The notes: generated from the sequence alone by a model not told the origin. DNA of 32,678 nucleotides from Gammaproteobacteria bacterium (GCA_024276805.1 JAJRWJ010000240.1:1-32678), one strand, 5' to 3'. Counted from the stretch's first letter, positions 16,437 to 23,963 are shown. Translations and numbers: made by a program.

Positions 16437-17693
16437 TTATTTTGAAATTATCACGCGATTCCCGCTGGTCAGGTCTATTGCCACCACCACGTCCAGATCA
16501 GCATCAACCACTAAGGCGCGGCCGTTGGCGCTGTCCAGCGTAATGCCAAGCAGGTAGTTGAGTGCGTTCACCGCGTCTGGAGTTGTGGCATCGGAGAGAA
16601 TCGTGCGCGAGCCGGTGCTCAGATCAACGGCTATTACGGCGTCTAACGTAGCGTCCACCACCAGTGCTCGGCCATTGGCACTGTCTAGCGCAATGGTTCT
16701 TGGATAGTCGAACGGGTTCGAGGTGTTGGGGATTGTTGGACCGGAGAGAATGGTGCGCTCTCCTGTGGTCAGGTCCATCGCTACTATGGCATCCAAGCCA
16801 TCATCGGCAATCAGTGCCCGGCCATTGGCTGAATCCACCACGATACCTTCCGGAAAGCTGAATGGGTTCGCCGCACTGGGCGTTGTTGCATCGGAGATAA
16901 TTGTACGCATCCCGGTGCTCAGGTTGACCGCCACCACGGCGTCTAAATTGAGATCAACAACCAGTGCGCGGTTATTGGCGGTGTCCAGCGCGATAGCCAC
17001 TGGATTGACGAACGGATTGACGGCGTCCGGGGTGGTGGCATTGGAGAGTATGGTTCGTGCGCCAGTGCTTAGGTTGACCGCCACGATGGTGTCCTGAGGG
17101 CTATCAACCACCAATGCTCGGTCATTGTTGGTGTCTATTGCGATGGCACTGGCTCCCCCGAATGGGTTTGTTGTGTCCGGGGTGGTGGCATCGGAGAGCG
17201 TGGTGCGCTCTCCATTGCCTAAGTCCACCGCGATGACAGCGTCTAAATCGGAATCAATCACTAACGCCCGCCCACGTGGCGCATCCAGCGCGATGGCGGC
17301 AGGAATGTTAAGTGGGTTCATCCTATTCGGAACTGTCGTATCAGAAAGCAAGGTGCGTGCTCCGGTGGTCAGGTCCATCGTCAGCACGGCGTCGCTACTA
17401 TCAATCACCAGTGCCCGCCCATTGGCAGCGTCCAGAGCGATGGCTAACGGGAGGTTAATCGGATCCGTCGTGTCCGGGGTAGTGGCATCGGAGATAATTG
17501 TGCGTGCCCCGCTAGCCAGATCGACCGCTATCACGGCGGAGAAAAAATAATCAACCACCAGTGCGCGCCCGTTGGCGGTGTCAATCGTGATGCCCCTTGG
17601 AAGCCAGAATGGGTTCGACGTGTCGGGGGTTGTTGCATCGGAAAGCATCGTGCGCGCGCCAGAACTCAGATCCACTGCTAGCACGGCTCTCAA
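16437..17693 (-). CDS. Tandem-repeat (NHL/YncE-like beta-propeller-type) protein, 3' portion of a disrupted gene
   Basis: It has nine units of about 46 aa with consensus P.aIALD.ANGRALVVD..LDAVIAVDL.TGARTILSDATTPD..NPF. The track start is a TTG generated downstream of the frameshift. The stop is 13 nt upstream of the lipoprotein ATG, so the two form an operon. Confidence 0.7.
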   Translation of the reverse strand: MRAVLAVDLSSGARTMLSDATTPDTSNPFWLPRGITIDTANGRALVVDYFFSAVIAVDLASGARTIISDATTPDTTDPINLPLAIALDAANGRALVIDSSDAVLTMDLTTGARTLLSDTTVPNRMNPLNIPAAIALDAPRGRALVIDSDLDAVIAVDLGNGERTTLSDATTPDTTNPFGGASAIAIDTNNDRALVVDSPQDTIVAVNLSTGARTILSNATTPDAVNPFVNPVAIALDTANNRALVVDLNLDAVVAVNLSTGMRTIISDATTPSAANPFSFPEGIVVDSANGRALIADDGLDAIVAMDLTTGERTILSGPTIPNTSNPFDYPRTIALDSANGRALVVDATLDAVIAVDLSTGSRTILSDATTPDAVNALNYLLGITLDSANGRALVVDADLDVVVAIDLTSGNRVIISK

Positions 17694-18049
17694 ATCACCA
17701 TCGGTGACCAGTGCCCGGTCATTGGTTGCATTGCATCCAGCGTGATGGCACTCGGATTATTGAAAGGGGTTGTCCCATTCGGAATTGTCGCATTGGAGAA
17801 GATTGTGCGCGCGCCGCTGGTCAGATCCACAGCGATCACGGCATCCAGGTTGGCATCGACCACCAGCGCCCGGTTATTGGTTGCATCCAGCGCGATGGCG
17901 ATTGGGTTGATGAAGGGATTTGTCGCATCCGGGATTGTTGCGTTGGAAAGAATCGAGCGAGCACCGCTGGTCAGATTTACCGCCACCACGGCGGCCAAAT
18001 CGGAATCAATGACAAGCACCCGGTTGTTGGCAGTTGACGCATATTCCAC
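17690..18049 (-). CDS. Same tandem-repeat protein, 5' portion (two more repeat units), ending in a frameshift tail
   Basis: A GTG start gives MEYASTANNRVLVIDSDLAAVVAVNLTSGARSILSNATIPDATNPF...AITLDA, then the aberrant tail MQPMTGHWSPMVI*. There is no signal peptide and no ATG. The frame opens only 26 codons upstream, after a TAA. Confidence 0.6.
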   Translation of the reverse strand: MEYASTANNRVLVIDSDLAAVVAVNLTSGARSILSNATIPDATNPFINPIAIALDATNNRALVVDANLDAVIAVDLTSGARTIFSNATIPNGTTPFNNPSAITLDAMQPMTGHWSPMVI

Positions 18050-18192
18050 GTGGGCATGAAAAGCCTGTCCACCCCACCAGATTTTTTGCGTCAGAGCCTG
18101 ACTCAGATTCCATTAATTCGAGTCTGCCCCTATTTCCGTGCACCAATCAGCGGTGGACAGCAGCTGGACATCGCTTGTTGCAGGGGCTAAAG

Positions 18193-18218
18193 TTAATCAA
18201 CTTGATCAATTTAATCAA
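18193..18218. promoter_or_regulatory. Operator-like repeat cluster upstream of the phd/parE-like operon
   Basis: TTAATCAA (18193-18200), the palindrome TTGATCAA (18202-18209) and TTAATCAA (18211-18218) occur at 9-nt spacing. They lie immediately upstream of the SD (AAGG 18221) and ATG 18232. Confidence 0.35.
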
Positions 18219-18231
18219 ATAAGGCACAACT

Positions 18232-18495
18232 ATGATGAAAATACTCAACGCTAGTGATGCCAAACGCGAATTCGGTGAAGTCCTGATCAGGGCACAGCAT
18301 GGCCCTGTTGGCATTAACCGCAATGGCAAGCCCATTGCTGTAGTGATCTCGGCGGCAGAATATGCCCAGCTTGAGGCACTAAAAAAGGCACATCTAGAAA
18401 AGGCAATCGAGGATGGAATCTCTGACTTGCAAACCGGCAAGGTCAGCAATGGTAAAACTGTGATCGACAATTTACGCAAACGGATAAACAGCTAA
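18232..18495 (+). CDS. Phd/YefM-family type II antitoxin
   Basis: MMKILNASDAKREFGEVLIRAQHGPVGINRNGKPIAVVISAAEYAQLEAL matches the Phd/YefM N-terminal pattern (sequence a+..f.e.l......pv.i.r.gkp.aVvls.eeYe.L). The ParE-like ORF starts 3 nt downstream. Confidence 0.85.
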   Translation: MMKILNASDAKREFGEVLIRAQHGPVGINRNGKPIAVVISAAEYAQLEALKKAHLEKAIEDGISDLQTGKVSNGKTVIDNLRKRINS

Positions 18496-18498
18496 GCC

Positions 18499-18801
18499 GT
18501 GACAAAGCCCCGCCCCCGCTATCAATTCACAGAAAAATCCGAACGTGATCTTGAAGACATCATCGACTATACCGTCCAACAGTGGGGAGTTTCTCAGGCC
18601 GATACTTACCTTGATAGCCTGGAAACACGCGCTCAGCTCCTTGCTGAAAACCCCGACCTGGGGGTCAAACGGGAAGCGCTTTTCGAGGGACTACTCAGCT
18701 TTCTTTATGAAAGCCATATCCTGTACTACATGAAACGATCCGGCGGGATCACGATTGTACGAGTACTCCATCAAAACATGGATCCGATGAAGTACCTCTG
18801 A
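18499..18801 (+). CDS. parE: ParE/RelE-superfamily type II toxin
   Basis: A GTG start gives YQFTEKSERDLEDIIDYTVQQWGVSQADTYLDSLETRAQLLAENPDLGVKREALFEGLLSFLYESHILYYMKRSGGITIVRVLHQNMD, the canonical ParE pattern (A..DL..I..Y....wg..qA..Y...l......L...P..G, ...i.I.rvLH..MD). Confidence 0.85.
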   Translation: MTKPRPRYQFTEKSERDLEDIIDYTVQQWGVSQADTYLDSLETRAQLLAENPDLGVKREALFEGLLSFLYESHILYYMKRSGGITIVRVLHQNMDPMKYL

Positions 18802-18830
18802 TTTTTCAAGCCAAACACCTGCCCTCCCGG

Positions 18831-19145
18831 GCTATTTCCCTCCTGTTGCAGAGCAGTGATGATTTGAAAAATATCGGCCGCTACACAGAGCGGCAATGGG
18901 GAAAAATCCAGCGCAACACCTACCTGTAAAATCTCGAAAAACGCTTTCGCTGGCTATCTGAAAACCCTCAACTGGGTAAGCACCGCTCCGATGTTGCTGA
19001 AGGTTACTATAGTTTCCCACAGGGCGAGCACGTCGTCTTTTACCTGATTGGCCAAGAAGGAATTGATATTATTGGTGTTCCCCACAAAGAGATGGGCATC
19101 ATCTCATATTTTCTGCCTGACTTAACACTCGAAAAATGGGTGTAA
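18831..19145 (+). pseudogene. Second ParE-like toxin gene, degraded (no start codon, in-frame TAA at 18927-18929)
   Basis: The frame reads ...DDLKNIGRYTERQWGKIQRNTYL*NLEKRFRWLSENPQLGKHRSDVAEGYYSFPQGEHVVFYLIGQEGIDIIGVPHKEMGII...*. This is the ParE pattern interrupted by a stop. There is no cognate antitoxin ORF in front of it. Confidence 0.6.
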
Positions 19146-19147
19146 TA

Positions 19148-19276
19148 CCAGCCAATCCCTGCCGTTGCCAGCTCACTCCCACTCGATTGTAAACGAGCCG
19201 TAAAAAGCCAGTAATGACGCGGGTTTTAAGAGGGGCGAATGTGTCGATACCATGAAATATACCATGTTCAGAATTT
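19148..19276 (+). repeat. Island repeat copy R2 (divergent middle part)
   Basis: CCAGCCAATCCCTGCCGTTGCCAGCTCACTCCCACTCGATTGTAAACGAGCC...GATACCATGAAATATACCATGTTCAGAATTT. It starts 2 nt after the stop of the ParE pseudogene. Confidence 0.8.
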
Positions 19277-19509
19277 GGTGCTCAGTAAGTTGTATTGAGT
19301 GCGGTTAACGATATCGTAACAGACCAACGACATCGGTTTACTGACAGCCCTGGTCATCACAGCGTGCCTAATTCAAGTGTTGGTATTGCAGGGGAAAATG
19401 GACAACCCCAAGAAGCTGGAATGCTGAATTTGGCTAATTATCAATCGTATTGACAATTAGCCAAAATGAGCTACATTACCGATATCATGAACGAATCAGA
19501 GCGAACCTG

Positions 19510-20688
19510 ATGTATATCCCCCGAGAGGCTGAGGCCAGACTTCAGCGCTTCGCCAGCGGCTACCCAGTGGTCGTAGTCACCGGTCCACGCCAGTCCGGCA
19601 AATCTACGCTGGTGCGCCATGCGTTTCCTGAACACCATTACGTATCCCTTGAGGATCTCGATCAGCGGGACTTTGCCGAAAGTGACCCCCGAGGCTTTCT
19701 GAACCAGTTTACCGAAAATGCAATTCTGGATGAGGCGCAACGCTGCCCTGCCCTGTTTTCCTATCTGCAGACACGCATAGACGAGCGGCAACGGCCCGGC
19801 GAATTCATCCTGACAGGCTCACAACAGTTCGACCTGCTATCGGGCATCACACAAAGTCTGGCCGGCAGAGCGGCATTGCTTACCCTGCTTCCCATGACAT
19901 ACGGCGAATTAAAGCGCACAGGACAAATCAACCGCCATCTCGACCAAACCCTTTTTTATGGGGCGTACCCTCCCATCTTTGATCGCAGACTCGAGCCACA
20001 TCCGTGGTATGGGAATTATGTGCGCACTTACCTGGAACGCGATGTCCGGCAATTGATTAACGTGCAGGATCTTGGGACATTTCAACGGTTCCTGAAATTG
20101 TGCGCGGGTCGAACCGGACAACTCCTCAATCTTTCCTCGCTGGCCAATGACGCCGGCATTACGCACAACACGGCCAAAGCCTGGATATCTGTGCTGGAAG
20201 CGAGTTACATCGTACATCTGCTGCCACCTCACCACCAGAATTTCAACAAACGTCTGGTTAAGACACCCAAACTCTATTTTCTGGATACAGGTCTTGCGAC
20301 TTGGTTGCTCGGTATTCAGAACATGGACCAACTGGCCACCCATGTTCAACGCGGTGCATTATTCGAAACCTGGGTCATCAGCGAATTACTCAAGGCCCGC
20401 TATAATGCGGGCGAGGCCTCGAACCTTTACTTCTGGCGTGATCGATCAGGACACGAGGTAGACCTGCTGATTGATCATGGAACACACCTGTCACCACTGG
20501 AAATAAAATCCGGTCAGACCATCAACCGGGATTATTTCAAGGGATTGGATTTCTGGCGAAAACTGGCAGGTGAGACCGCCGGGAAAGCATGGCTAATTTA
20601 CGGCGGCGACACCCTGCAGACTCGCTCCGACGTCACTATCCTGCCATGGCATAAAATCGATCCCGAGCAGATTGTGATGCCTGCGTGA
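19510..20688 (+). CDS. AAA-family ATPase with DUF4143-type C-terminal domain
   Basis: MYIPREAEARLQRFASGYPVVVVTGPRQSGKSTLVRHAF contains the Walker A. ILDEAQR is the Walker B. The C-terminal ...LLNLSSLANDAGITHNTAKAWISVLEASYIVHLLPP...KLYFLDTGL...GALFETWV...YFWRDRSGHEVDLL is the AAA_14/DUF4143 layout. The track start at 19450 is an upstream TTG; I prefer ATG 19510. Confidence 0.85.
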   Translation: MYIPREAEARLQRFASGYPVVVVTGPRQSGKSTLVRHAFPEHHYVSLEDLDQRDFAESDPRGFLNQFTENAILDEAQRCPALFSYLQTRIDERQRPGEFILTGSQQFDLLSGITQSLAGRAALLTLLPMTYGELKRTGQINRHLDQTLFYGAYPPIFDRRLEPHPWYGNYVRTYLERDVRQLINVQDLGTFQRFLKLCAGRTGQLLNLSSLANDAGITHNTAKAWISVLEASYIVHLLPPHHQNFNKRLVKTPKLYFLDTGLATWLLGIQNMDQLATHVQRGALFETWVISELLKARYNAGEASNLYFWRDRSGHEVDLLIDHGTHLSPLEIKSGQTINRDYFKGLDFWRKLAGETAGKAWLIYGGDTLQTRSDVTILPWHKIDPEQIVMPA

Positions 20689-20728
20689 TTCGTAGATTCG
20701 AGGCGAATCCTTCTATAAACGTTTAATG

Positions 20729-20825
20729 CCAGTCATTACCAGCCATTGCCTGTCAATACCGGTCACTCCCACTCTATTGTAAATACCCAACAAGTCAGTC
20801 GATATATCAATAGCTTACTATTGAC
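20729..20825 (+). repeat. Island repeat copy R3 (left flank and 5' core only; the ATACCATG half is missing)
   Basis: CCAGTCATTACCAGCCATTGCCTGTCAATACCGGTCACTCCCACTCTATTGTAAATACCC...GATATATCAATAGCTTACTATTG. It lies 40 nt after the ATPase stop. Confidence 0.7.
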
Positions 20826-20953
20826 TTCGCTTTATAGTCAGCACAATTCCAATCCCTCCCCATCGCGCTTTTAATCTTCTCCTCCAGTAACCGTATAGAC
20901 ATCCGATATACAATTATGTATATTGATCATCCATACAACAGGAGACTATTGCG

Positions 20954-21232
20954 ATGGCTGAAACACAGAACCGTGCAGCACCGATTAACATCCGCGCCCG
21001 CACAACGCAGCGCAACCTGATCGATAAAGCAGCAGCGATGCTCAACAAGAATCGCTCGGACTTTATGCTGGAAGCCGCTTGCCGTGAGGCTGAGAACGTG
21101 TTGCTCGACCAACGGCTCTTTTTGGTGGACGACAAAACCTACAAGACATTCGCAACGCTCATTGATGCGCCGATCAAAGACAACCCTGCGCTGCGAAAAT
21201 TGTTACATGACAAGGCGCCATGGGAGAAATAA
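20954..21232 (+). CDS. DUF1778 (TacA-like, RHH) type II antitoxin
   Basis: INIRARTTQRNLIDKAAAMLNKNRSDFMLEAACREAENVLLDQRLFLVDDKTYKTFATLIDAP matches the DUF1778 pattern. GGAG lies 9 nt upstream. An imperfect palindrome, GATATACAATTATGTATATTGATC, lies at about 20905-20928. Confidence 0.85.
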   Translation: MAETQNRAAPINIRARTTQRNLIDKAAAMLNKNRSDFMLEAACREAENVLLDQRLFLVDDKTYKTFATLIDAPIKDNPALRKLLHDKAPWEK

Positions 21233-21714
21233 CAGCGCCGGAGCCCATTACGGAAGCTCACCTCATAGAATCGTTCTCATGCTGTGTCCCGGTACTGGAT
21301 GAATGGCTTAAACGCCATGCGCTCAAGAACGAAGTTTCCGGTGCATCCCGCACCTTCGTCGTATGCCAGGACAAGAAGGTCATTGGTTATTACGCCCTGG
21401 CCACAGGGAGTATCGAACATCGTGACGCCCCGGGAAAAATACGCCGCAATATGCCGGATCCGATTCCGGTCATGATACTCGGAAGACTGGCCATCGACCA
21501 GCAGTGGCAACAGGCGGGTCTGGGTCGGAATCTGCTGAAGGATGCGCTGTTGCGTTCACTGTCGGTATCAAAACAGACAGGCATCAGAGCATTACTTGTT
21601 CATGCACTCTCGCAAGATGCAAAACGTTTCTATACCGGTAACGGGTTTATCGAATCCCCGCTTGACTCGATGACCTTGATGGTCGCCTTGCAAGATGCAG
21701 CACATTGCCTATAG
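21220..21714 (+). CDS. GNAT-family acetyltransferase toxin (TacT/AtaT-like)
   Basis: It overlaps the DUF1778 gene by 13 nt. FSCCVPVLDEWLKRHALKNEVSGASRTFVVC...VIGYYALATGSI...PVMILGRLAIDQQWQQAGLGRNLLKDAL...GIRALLVHALSQDAKRFYTGNGF shows the GNAT Q/RxxGxG/A motif in the arrangement typical of DUF1778-linked toxins. Confidence 0.85.
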   Translation: MGEITAPEPITEAHLIESFSCCVPVLDEWLKRHALKNEVSGASRTFVVCQDKKVIGYYALATGSIEHRDAPGKIRRNMPDPIPVMILGRLAIDQQWQQAGLGRNLLKDALLRSLSVSKQTGIRALLVHALSQDAKRFYTGNGFIESPLDSMTLMVALQDAAHCL

Positions 21715-21769
21715 GAACATGCACAGGTAAACAAATCAGAGAGAATGGAGCGCGGCCCTGCGACAGGCT

Positions 21770-22756
21770 GTGATACGACTGAAGCCGGACTATTTTTCAT
21801 TACCCGAAATCGAATGTGATGCTTACCGGCTCCACCTGACGTCAGAAGATGACTTCCGAGTCCGGCAAACTCTCCTCAACGGATTGTTTGGGATTGCGGT
21901 CAACAACCCGGAAGAACTGGATGCAGCACTGGAAACGTTTGATGACAGCCAGTATCTGTTGCTGAATAGCACCCTGCTACCATTTCAAGGCATTGGTAAA
22001 GATTACTTCTTCCTGAACGAATATCTCCCCAAAGATATCACCCTGCTCGATTTCGATACGGTCGGGGATTATGCGCGTGACGATCACCGCTTTCAGGAAC
22101 AGGCGCGCAAACAGGAGGATCCAGATTACCCTCCACGCCCCTACCGGGGTGATATTCACCGCTGCTGGGCAAGGCTGGAGATTGATGGCGCTTTCCATTA
22201 TGCCGATATCAGCTCCCTGGCGGGATATCTGACCGATGTGCTGGACGAAGCAGGGCTCGAACGCATTGACGAACTCATTCCCTGCCAGTACGTCAATGGC
22301 CCGAACCATGGCAAGCGGGAAGGCAAAGGATATGTCTACGACAAACGCCTCGATGCCGGCGGATTGGAAGGCCAGTTGCAGGCACTACGAGATCGTTACT
22401 ACGCCTATATGCAGGAAAGATACGAAGCACTGCTTGATCGGTTCAATACATCCCCGACAACACGCGTATACATGCGACGTCAGATACGGGATACGGAATC
22501 ACACATGGACTTCGTTTTCTCCGACGCCACGGCACTGGAAGCCGTACGCTTCCGACACTTCGTCAGCGACTGCCGGCATATCGCTGACGATCCAGCAAAA
22601 GTTGACGCTCTCATCGAGCAGGAAAAGCGCCTCGCGCTCGATTTTCTTGCCAACACTTACCAGGACATCATGGACAACTTCGATCCCACAATCGTGAAAC
22701 TGCACCGGAAACACAAGGTCATCCTGGCGAATGAAAAGTTGAAGGATCTGCTATGA
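21770..22756 (+). CDS. Hypothetical protein (328 aa), no motif recognised
   Basis: A long ORF with plausible composition, on the same strand and in the same repeat-bounded cassette as the DUF1778/GNAT pair. It has a GTG start without a clear SD, so the start is uncertain. Confidence 0.55.
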   Translation: MIRLKPDYFSLPEIECDAYRLHLTSEDDFRVRQTLLNGLFGIAVNNPEELDAALETFDDSQYLLLNSTLLPFQGIGKDYFFLNEYLPKDITLLDFDTVGDYARDDHRFQEQARKQEDPDYPPRPYRGDIHRCWARLEIDGAFHYADISSLAGYLTDVLDEAGLERIDELIPCQYVNGPNHGKREGKGYVYDKRLDAGGLEGQLQALRDRYYAYMQERYEALLDRFNTSPTTRVYMRRQIRDTESHMDFVFSDATALEAVRFRHFVSDCRHIADDPAKVDALIEQEKRLALDFLANTYQDIMDNFDPTIVKLHRKHKVILANEKLKDLL

Positions 22757-22855
22757 CTGATCCATTACCTTGATTTCAACGCGATACTGGATTCTCGCTT
22801 GCACGGGAATGACGAAAAACAAATCAACCAGGCTTCCCCCTGGTTTACCGACAAA

Positions 22856-22994
22856 CCAGTCGTTGCCAATCAATACCTGCCGTTGCCAGGTCACTCCCAC
22901 TCGATTGTAAATAAGCCATTTTTATCCTTTAATATCAATGGCTTTGATGTTGTTGCAAATGGTAATACCATGAAAAATACCATGTCCAGAATTT
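22856..22994 (+). repeat. Island repeat copy R4 (full length)
   Basis: CCAGTCGTTGCCAATCAATACCTGCCGTTGCCAGGTCACTCCCACTCGATTGTAAATAAGCCATTTTTATCCTTTAATATCAATGGCTTTGATGTTGTTGCAAATGGTAATACCATGAAAAATACCATGTCCAGAATTT. Confidence 0.85.
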
Positions 22995-23115
22995 CTTATA
23001 AATCATCACTATCCATAACCAGCGCCTAGACAGATACCATTACTGATCAGATTTACAGTAGACCTATAAATGGACTATATTTAGTACCAATTAAATCGAT
23101 GAAGGAATACAGGCC

Positions 23116-23397
23116 ATGAAACTGAGTGAGTCGGTCAAACCCATCAGCTACCTGAAAAGCCACACCGCCGAGGCACTGCGAAGCGTCAGCGAGGGGCAAC
23201 GTACTATGGTGATCACTCAACACGGCGAAGCCCGAGCAGTGCTCCAGGATATCGTCAGTTATGAACAAACCCAGGAATCGCTGGCGTTGCTCAAGATGCT
23301 CGCCCAAAGCTCCAAAAGCGTTCAGGAAGGCCGCAGCAAGCCCCTCAAGAAAGCCTTTGCGGATGTTCGCAAGCAGATCCGGGAACTCGCTGAGTGA
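23116..23397 (+). CDS. Phd/YefM-family type II antitoxin
   Basis: SVKPISYLKSHTAEALRSVSEGQRTMVITQHGEARAVLQDIVSYEQTQESLALLKML fits the pattern. It has a 4-nt GTGA overlap with the downstream toxin ORF. Confidence 0.85.
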   Translation: MKLSESVKPISYLKSHTAEALRSVSEGQRTMVITQHGEARAVLQDIVSYEQTQESLALLKMLAQSSKSVQEGRSKPLKKAFADVRKQIRELAE

Positions 23398-23720
23398 AAC
23401 ACTATCGTGTCCGGCTTACCGAGGATGCGGAGCGGGACCTGATCGAAATCTACCGCTACATTGCTTTCCACGGCTCGGTGGAGAATGCGGATTACGTACT
23501 GGATCAACTCGAGTCCCTGTGCTCGCGGCTTACCGAACTGCCCGAGCAGGGCCACGTTCCGCCCGAGCTGGATCGAATCGGTGTAACGAACTATAGGGAA
23601 GTCAACTTCAAGCCGTATCGTGCCATCTATGAGGTGATCCGGCAGGACGTTTTCATTCATTGCATCCTCGATGGCCGCAGGGATATGCCATCGTTACTTG
23701 AGCGGCGCCTGATTCGCTAA
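23394..23720 (+). CDS. ParE/RelE-superfamily type II toxin
   Basis: A GTG start gives YRVRLTEDAERDLIEIYRYIAFHGSVENADYVLDQLESLCSRLTELPEQGHVPPEL...YREVNFKPYRAIYEVIRQDVFIHCILDGRRDM, the ParE/RelE pattern. Confidence 0.85.
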   Translation: MKHYRVRLTEDAERDLIEIYRYIAFHGSVENADYVLDQLESLCSRLTELPEQGHVPPELDRIGVTNYREVNFKPYRAIYEVIRQDVFIHCILDGRRDMPSLLERRLIR

Positions 23721-23784
23721 TACTGTCGCCGAAGAATTCAAACCCGCATTCTCATTCCCAACAAATCCTTTATATACTGTTCAT

Positions 23785-23945
23785 GCCTGCCAGTGCCAGA
23801 CAGTGCCGGCCACTCCCACTCTATTGTAAACGAGCGACTTTTATACTTTGATATCAATGGCTTAATTGTAGGGGTAAGTGATAATACCATGAAAAATACC
23901 ATGTTCAGAAATTGTTGCTAATCGCCTGCAAAAATTGCCAACAGA
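23785..23945 (+). repeat. Island repeat copy R5 (full length, with a right extension shared with R1)
   Basis: GCCTGCCAGTGCCAGACAGTGCCGGCCACTCCCACTCTATTGTAAACGAGCGACTTTTATACTTTGATATCAATGGCTTAATTGTAGGGGTAAGTGATAATACCATGAAAAATACCATGTTCAGAAATTGTTGCTAATCGCCTGCAAAAATTGCCAACAG. Confidence 0.85.
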
Positions 23946-23963
23946 ACGCTGCCACACAGCCCC

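Noticed and set aside
18147-18479. 110-aa minus-strand ORF overlapping the phd-like gene
   Set aside because: It is antisense to a well-supported antitoxin ORF and has no motif. It is incompatible with the compact phd/parE operon structure.
22799-23029. 76-aa ORF (and similar frames in R1 and R5) running through the repeat, giving a conserved HSHSIVN...NTMKNTMFRN peptide
   Set aside because: R2 has a stop (HSHSIVNEP*) and a frame change in the same frame. Differences between copies are mostly non-synonymous (for example FLSFNINGFDVVANG versus LLYFDINGLIVGVSD). No SD sits at proper spacing, and there is no common start codon. The conservation is therefore at the nucleotide level rather than the protein level.
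11042-23945. Interpreting the R repeats as canonical integron attC sites (a CALIN array)
   Set aside because: I could not find the conserved R''/R' boxes (RYYYAAC ... GTTRRRY) at the repeat ends. R1 and R4 lack the AAC triplet where R2 and R5 have GTAAAC. The only GTT (GTTCAGA) has no complementary TCTGAAC partner. The internal stem (AAGCCATT/AATGGCTT) is only 8 bp and is not conserved in R3 or R5. No intI lies in the window. The cassette-like layout is kept as a finding, but attC identity is not claimed.
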